Shown here: piece by piece, positions 57,544 to 64,000 of the stretch
How positions within the stretch are numbered: the stretch's first letter is position 1
Layout of the letters: the number at the start of each line of letters is the position of its first letter
Assembly: GCA_000165425.1 (NCBI GenBank)
Contig: CT868485.1
Location: 124,001-188,000 of the forward strand
Source of the DNA: Paramecium tetraurelia
Taxonomy: Eukaryota
Direction of reading: 5' to 3'
DNA length: 64,000 bases
Notes under the pieces: model-generated
Told to the model about the DNA's origin: nothing
What the model saw: the letters and a program-made list of their open reading frames with translations, nothing else
The model's database searches: none
Position numbers and translations under genes: made by a program

Positions 57544-59202
57544 TCATTTAATCAATTATTTAATAAATGTTGATGCAATCTTTGTGATTTTAATTTTGTC
57601 TATTTCACTTTTTTTTGTCCAATGAGCCACTTATCTTGCAGTTGCATAATACTGCTTTAGTACTCCTTCGTTTTTACCAATAAAATTATAATATAAACTA
57701 TCAAATAATTCAGGCCAATTATATATCTATTTTTCAATTTTAATTTCAGACTTAGTTGATTTATTAAAATTACTCATCTTTTGCATATAATTTGATGAAC
57801 AAATATATGGCCTTGTCATCATCATACCTCCATCAGCATGTTAAGTCATACCAAATACATTAGGTGCCATAACCCACTCATAACTGTCAATATGAACTTC
57901 CATAAACCATTTAAATACCTCCTTTGGATTGATTTCTGACAATAGCATTGTATTTCCTATATACATTAATCTTTCAATATGATGAAGGTAAGCATATTTG
58001 ATAACCTTTTAAATCATATGATCAACAGGTGGCAATTTCGTCTGACCAGTGTACCAATTGTTACTCAATTCATTTTGATGATTAAAGAAATTAGCCTTCA
58101 TTTACTGTTCACCCTCAAAAAAGTATAGTAATCTAACATACTCTCTCCACCCTATTACTTATCTAAGAAATCCTTCGACTGATTAGATAGGTGCTTTGTT
58201 TTATTTATAGTATTGTAGAGTCTTATCGACAATTAGACTGCTAGTGATTAGTCCTATGTTCATCATCGGAGACAAAATCGAATGATTAACAAAGGGATAA
58301 TCTGAATGAACTGCGTCCTGATATGGTCCGAATTCACTTAATTTTTACTTTAAAAAACAATCTAACCATTCTTCTGTTGAGTCATGATCAATAGGGTAAA
58401 TAGTATTTTTAATGTCACCAAAATTCTTTGGAAAATGTTTAGTCACATAACTTACAGCTTCATCATAATAGCTCGATTTAATTAGGTCAGGTTTCTTAGG
58501 GACTTTAGCGCCTGGTTTTAATGGTTGTCTATTTTCAGAATCGTAAGTCCATTTTTCTGGGTCTTCTCCTTTTGGACCCATTAAAATATTCAATCTTCTT
58601 CTTTGCCATCTATAGAATGAAGAATCATGACTATAATTTGGTTTACCATCCTTCAATTTTACATGCTCTTTATGATATTATTACAAATCATTTCTTGTAC
58701 ACAAATATGATAGATTCTCTTTGACTTCACTCTGTATTCCCAATTTCAATAAAATATTTGAATACTTTTGTAAAACTGGTTTATCGATTGGGTCATAAAA
58801 ATCACATTGGGTAATAACAATTTTATCAGTACTTTAAAGAGTTTCCAAAAAGACACTACAATTTTCATTTTGATCAATATATTGTATAGTTACATCCTTC
58901 AAATTATTCAGTAAATAATCTTAATAGGATTTCATCGTAGCTCTATGATATACAAGTTTGAGTTTATGATAATTATAGGCTCTAAAGTATTAGTCGTCCT
59001 CAATTAAAAATATTTGATTATAATTTTTCAGAATGTCAATGTTCTTGTATAGATTAACAGGAAACAATAAGAATATTTTCGTCTTTGATTCTCCACTACT
59101 GATTTGTCTTTTTTAAGAAAAAGTGTTCTCATTTCTCTCTTTTCTGAGACTAAGTCTAAGCTTCTCTTATTTTTGATGTTTGATGTCGTTTATAGAAGTC
59201 AT
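57544..59202 (-). CDS. Deoxyribodipyrimidine photolyase-related protein (DPRP; bacterial 6-4 photolyase/CryPro-like), 552 aa, apparently intronless
   Basis: FLLFPVNLY, YHKLKLVYHRATMK, FYRWQRRRLNIL, WTYDSENR, FGPYQDA, HSILSPMMNIGL, EGFLRQVIGWREY, YLHHIERLM, DSYEWVMAPNVFGM and TRPYICSSNY. Confidence 0.92.
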
Positions 59203-59316
59203 TAAATAAAATTAATGATAAAAATCTATTGAATTACCAAATATGAATGGTAAAATTGTAAATAATAAATTTGAATATTTGCATTAATATTTCTATACGA
59301 TATATCATTATTTATC

Positions 59317-61814
59317 TCAATCTTGATCTTGATCTCGATCTCTTCTTTTGCTGACTTTTCCTATTCCCATCCCTTTTCCTCCTTTTCCGATGAACATAGT
59401 TTATTAAACTCTCTCCTTATTCTAATATTCGTCTCTTTCTTATTGTCTCCATTTATTTCCAATTAATTTAATTTCTTTTTCGTATTATCCCAAAGTTGGA
59501 GGAGGGGAAACCTATTGAATTATGGATCCTATATAAATAATTATATATATAATTACCTAACTCTTCATGATAAACTAGCATTGAAAACTTATCAATGTCT
59601 TTAAAGTTGGCTGAACTCAATGAAGAATAATCAAATCTTCCTCTTAGATCTGTGTATCCATCTTTATAGAATGTCTCTTTATCATTTTTATCTCTTGAAT
59701 ACACTTTCACGTAAACTTTGCATAAGTATTAACCTTGTTAATTGAATACTCTAATCTATCCTGAGTCTGCCATAGTTTGTACAAACAGAGATGTTGGTTA
59801 ATACTTACAAGTGACTTATTTCTACAAACCTTTAATTGTTACAAACAGATTCTCTTTTACAATCTCTCTAGGAATTTGAATTTTCTATTAATACAAACTT
59901 AAATAATAAATAAATGAATTTACTTCTTTTGGATTTCTTGACCTTCAAGAGTGTGAGTTGTACATACATTTGGTAAGACTATGGAGAAATCTTAGATGAT
60001 ATTCTTCATGAATGGGTTATTTGAAAATAGAATTTCAATATCCAATTTATAGTATTCTATCTTTACTTCAGATAAGTTTGAGTATGTGATGCTGATTGAA
60101 TCTCCCTCTATTGAACCTGACAATGTCTCTTCCTTTTTAGCAATTTCTTATTGTCTTTATTATTAAGTTATTTCTAATTTAGAGAATTGGTTGTCTTCCT
60201 CTCCATCATATTCAATCAATAGATTAATCATTTCATAGAACATGTTTCTCCAATGAATTACAGGATAACTCAAATACTTTTTACATATGTCTCTTCCCTT
60301 CTAAAAATTGGGGTACCCTGTATAAAAGTCCAAATATGCAGATAAATAATCAAACTATAATTATTACTCCTTTTATTCCTCTTCGCTAATTTGTGAATAC
60401 ACTTAAACAGCTTCATTAACTCTCTCCTGCAATAGCAAATAGTAGATCAGGATTAACTTATCAATGGTTGAAAACTGAGGCTTTTCCAAAAGATAGATTA
60501 AGTAGTTTGTATATTGTTTCCTTAGTTATACATTGAGTATGTTATTCTCTCCGTTCTACAGTTTATGCACTCTTTTAATAATCAGTGGGTAATACTCCAG
60601 AATTCTAATAGAATTGATTTCAAACAATGAACAGGCAAAATGATTAAAATATTATTTCAAAGCCTTCTAAGCTTTTTAAGTCATGAATAACTCTTTTAAG
60701 CATTGAACATTATTGTGTAGTAATGCATAAGCAAAACTGTGGTAATCATAAAACTTTCTCTTTCTGTAAATCTACATTACTTAATTATAGAAGGTTTCAT
60801 CACTAAATTTATGATATAATAATTTTGGATTAAACCACTTTTCATTGAATATGTTTTTGTTCTCAATGTAATTTAAAATGTCTTAATTATTGTCTGTTGT
60901 CAGGAGTTCATTTATATTTTCTAGATTGACCTTTGCCCTTTCATCGTAGACTTCGAAGATTTTCTCTTTTGCAATTTAAATGACTTTTCCAAGTTTTGAA
61001 ATGTTGGCTGGATAAATTGTGAAATTTCCAGTTTTTGGGAAATAGAAAAAGTATTTTTAGATAAAACTTTAATAAGGAGCAACTGTATATGTTAATGTTT
61101 TAGTTGAAAATGTTGTATCGACTGGAATTGAACCATTGGGAATTTCCATCAATAATTAAAAGGTCTGCGAAACTGCTGTGCAATTCGAAACAACTACTTT
61201 ACAACCATAAACTTTTTTAATTGAAAAATATCTTAGGTCTTCCTCATCTTCATTATCCTTCTGATCCTCAATCTCCTCATTTTGGGGATCGAAAAAGGAT
61301 TGATTAATAATGATTCTGGAATTAGGCTACACTTGAGCCTCTTAAATCTCCTTTATCAATATGAGAGCAGAACTCGGATATAATAATTCTATTCCCTTAT
61401 TCCCTGATTATTGTTGAGTATGTTTTGGAGACTCGAAGGGTAGACTGATTAATGCCAACACACTAATGATCTCTGTGAAATTGGAAGTGCAGTACATAAA
61501 TGAAGATGAAATGAAATTTTCAGTGAAATAACCTTTTTGTATTGAGTGATTTGCTAGATCAATGAAAAACTCAGAGCTACGAACCAACTTCCTATATTAC
61601 TATTAATTTATTCCGACACTATAATGTTTTTCACAGTACTCCTTAGTGGCTTCGACTTGTTAAAAAGTTTAAACTAAGCTTTCACGCATGGAATTATAAT
61701 TTCTAGCTCCAAAGCCCTTAGAAGCACATCCAGCAGTCGATTTTCTTGCAGTTTATCTAGTTCTTGCTCCTCCACGAGCTTAAACCATTTATCGCTTTTT
61801 TTTAAATTAAGGAA

Positions 61815-61850
<36 letters not shown>

Positions 61851-64000
61851 GACTACTCCTACTTCTACTAATACTTCTACTAATACTTCTACTTTTACTT
61901 CTACTCATACTTCTACTTTTACTCATACTTCTGCTGTTACTCATTTCATCATCTTCATCATCTTCATCATCTTCAACATCTTCACATCTTCGACTAACTC
62001 TTTTTTTTTTTTTTCTTCCTACTAATTCGATCTATTAATCATGATTTTTTATTTCTTTCGAATTTTACTTTTCTATTTCTTAACTCTTATTTTTCTGATT
62101 GATTAGTTCTTTTTCTACTCCTAAAATGGTGTCAAAAAGTAACTTATATTTATCGTCGTCCTATTTATTAACAATAGTTTTAAAATTCTATTATAGATAT
62201 TTAGCCATAATTTATGCTTCTTCCTTCTTTTCTGCAATTTCTTAATTATAAATTACAAGAAGTGCTTACTCCAGTGCATTCAACTATTAAAATAATTAGA
62301 CTTATTCATATTTAGAAAGTGCTAAATGATCCTAAAGTAAAAAGCTATCTATAAATGATTTTTCTATTTTATTTTTAATGTGATTCAATATGACTGTTTC
62401 AAAAAATCTGGCATCCTTCATAAAGAGAAACAAATTCAATTCATCACATTAATATTAATTATAGAATTTCTATTAAAACTGAGATGTTTCTTTATCCCAT
62501 TTTAAGAGTTCTGATAGCATTTTCAAATCTTTCTCTTATATCTTTTATTTATTGATTCTCACTAACTCTTTCTGGATTTTAAATAATAAATTCAAGGAGT
62601 CTATAATAAATATTTCTGTTGATGATATGTCTTAAATTTAAAATGGAGTCTAAGGGATGATTTCCTTTGTGCTCCTGAAGGTGGAATAAAACTTATTCTT
62701 CTCCAGTAATGACTCATGACATAAATCTTTAATTTAAATTTCTTTGTTCTATAATGGTAATACCTTAATAACATAGTTATTATCTGTATAAACCAACATC
62801 ACAATTGTAGAATAATGAACTGGAACTTCAAAAGAATAGTGATTCTTATCCTTATGGATATTTGTGATAACTCTGCCTGAAAATTTCAAGAAATCACAAA
62901 ATGAATTAAAACTTTATTAATGATATTGCATAGGTCCTGATTTTCTATACGCCTTACTTGCCATCTATCTGGAATTGGTAGGTTTTAATAAATTTTGCTA
63001 AACTTATTTCAAATTTTCTTCTTAAGTTTCTGTACAATCAGTAAGAAATCGATTTAAAAGGATTTGAGGTTTCTCAAGTGTGTTGCCCAAATATTTTGGT
63101 TGATTTTTCCTTTCAATAATATATCCTAACTCATCCGATTATTTTAGGTTACACAAATATATGTTATTTTTGAATTCAATCTTAAGATCAAGGGGTTATT
63201 CATACTACTACATAAAACTTTGCATCTCTTTTTCTAAACTACTTAGATCAGGATAGAATGTCGTAGCTAATGCAATTATATGATATTCTTTATCATATAA
63301 TATATCACCCTATACCAACAGCTTTGTATCATTCAGTTAAGTCACAGTACTTTTTAAATTAATTTCTCTCAGATGTTCTTTTTATATCCTCTCATTTTAA
63401 GTATAAAGGTAGTCTTTACATTATTTTAAGGTATTATCAATGACTTTGAATTAAAATGAATATGCTTCTTCTAATAATCGAAGTAAAAATACTCCTTTCT
63501 AAGTGAATTCAATGGTTATTTCATTCTCTTCAAATTAAATCTAATTCCTAATATTGTTAATCGGAGTTATTTCAGACTACAAGTTTTTTATTTAATAGAG
63601 CAAAACATTTTCTAATTTAGTACGAAATGGTAAGGTCAATTTTTCTCCCAAATTAACCACTAATTCATAAGAGCTTTAGTAAGCAGAAAATAGTTTAAGT
63701 AGTTTCCATTCTTATTTTTAGATCTAATATTTCGTAGAAATGACAGTTGAATGTATTTTTTCTATTTATGGCAAAAACCCTAACTTGATTTATCCATTTT
63801 CATCAGTAATAAGATTTTCTTTGATTTATTCATTAATCAAAGAGTGAGTAAATAATACTTAAACCTAGACATTTTTGTATGGCTCGCCGTTCTTACCCAA
63901 TACAAATATTGAATAACCATCTGCATCATCAAATCTTAGCAATTGTTTTATAAATATTTATTATTTTATATCTTATTCCATTTTTATGTTACATGTTTAT
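59317..64000 (-). CDS. 5'-truncated giant protein (>1500 aa in window) of an uncharacterised, possibly macroglobulin-like family ending in YVKVY..FYKDGYTDLRGRFDY; carries histone-tail mimics
   Basis: Continuous table-6 frame with blocks YIIERK..YLGNTLEKPQILL, FIKDARFFE, LFDTIL, ATKEYCEKHY, YFFYFPKTGNF..YPA, LEYYPLI, DIEILFSNNPF and KDGYTDLRGRFDY. A 28-nt intron lies at 59529-59556. Stop TGA at 59317-59319. Confidence 0.85.
61816..61941 (-). repeat. Coding Ser/Arg low-complexity repeat: imperfect 12-nt units followed by (AGT)11
   Basis: Translates SNSRSMSKSRSMSRSKSRSISRSISRSRSSRSSSSSSSSSSS. Confidence 0.9.

Noticed and set aside
61729..61767. Second histone H3 gene or H3 pseudogene
   Set aside because: Similarity stops after G13, there is no ATG at the motif and no histone fold, and it is in frame inside a much larger ORF.
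61801..61980. CRISPR-like or telomeric repeat
   Set aside because: No repeat-spacer structure and no C4A2/C3A3 units; it is a coding Ser/Arg and Asp/Glu repeat.

Overview
AT-rich ciliate macronuclear DNA, almost certainly Paramecium. TAA/TAG read as Gln (translation table 6, shown by conserved Gln positions in histone H3), TGA is the only stop, and introns are tiny 21-30 nt GT..AG. The supplied standard-code ORF track is therefore fragmented. Reading by hand in table 6 gives about 27 genes: GH63 glucosidase I, a KCR-type SDR, a Paramecium-type histone H3, two cyclins, two giant Cys-rich membrane proteins, VIT-vWA, WD40, F-box, PB1-NZF, START, NRF/acyltransferase-3, OGFr-like, CFAP77-like, Myb, a beta/gamma-crystallin secretory protein, TLDc, an MLO-like protein, SEC11, a bacterial-type photolyase-related protein and several hypotheticals. 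There is also a decayed Cys-repeat remnant and a 150-N gap. Main discovery: the giant protein at the right end (59317->64000, minus strand) carries three separate in-frame histone-tail mimics in low-complexity segments. These are H3 1-13 ([16 protein letters not shown]), the H3 K27 region (QMASKAYRKSGP) and a ciliate-type H4 tail (GKGGKGMGIGKVSKRR). All family calls come from motifs recognised by eye, not from database searches, and internal exon structures were only partly checked.
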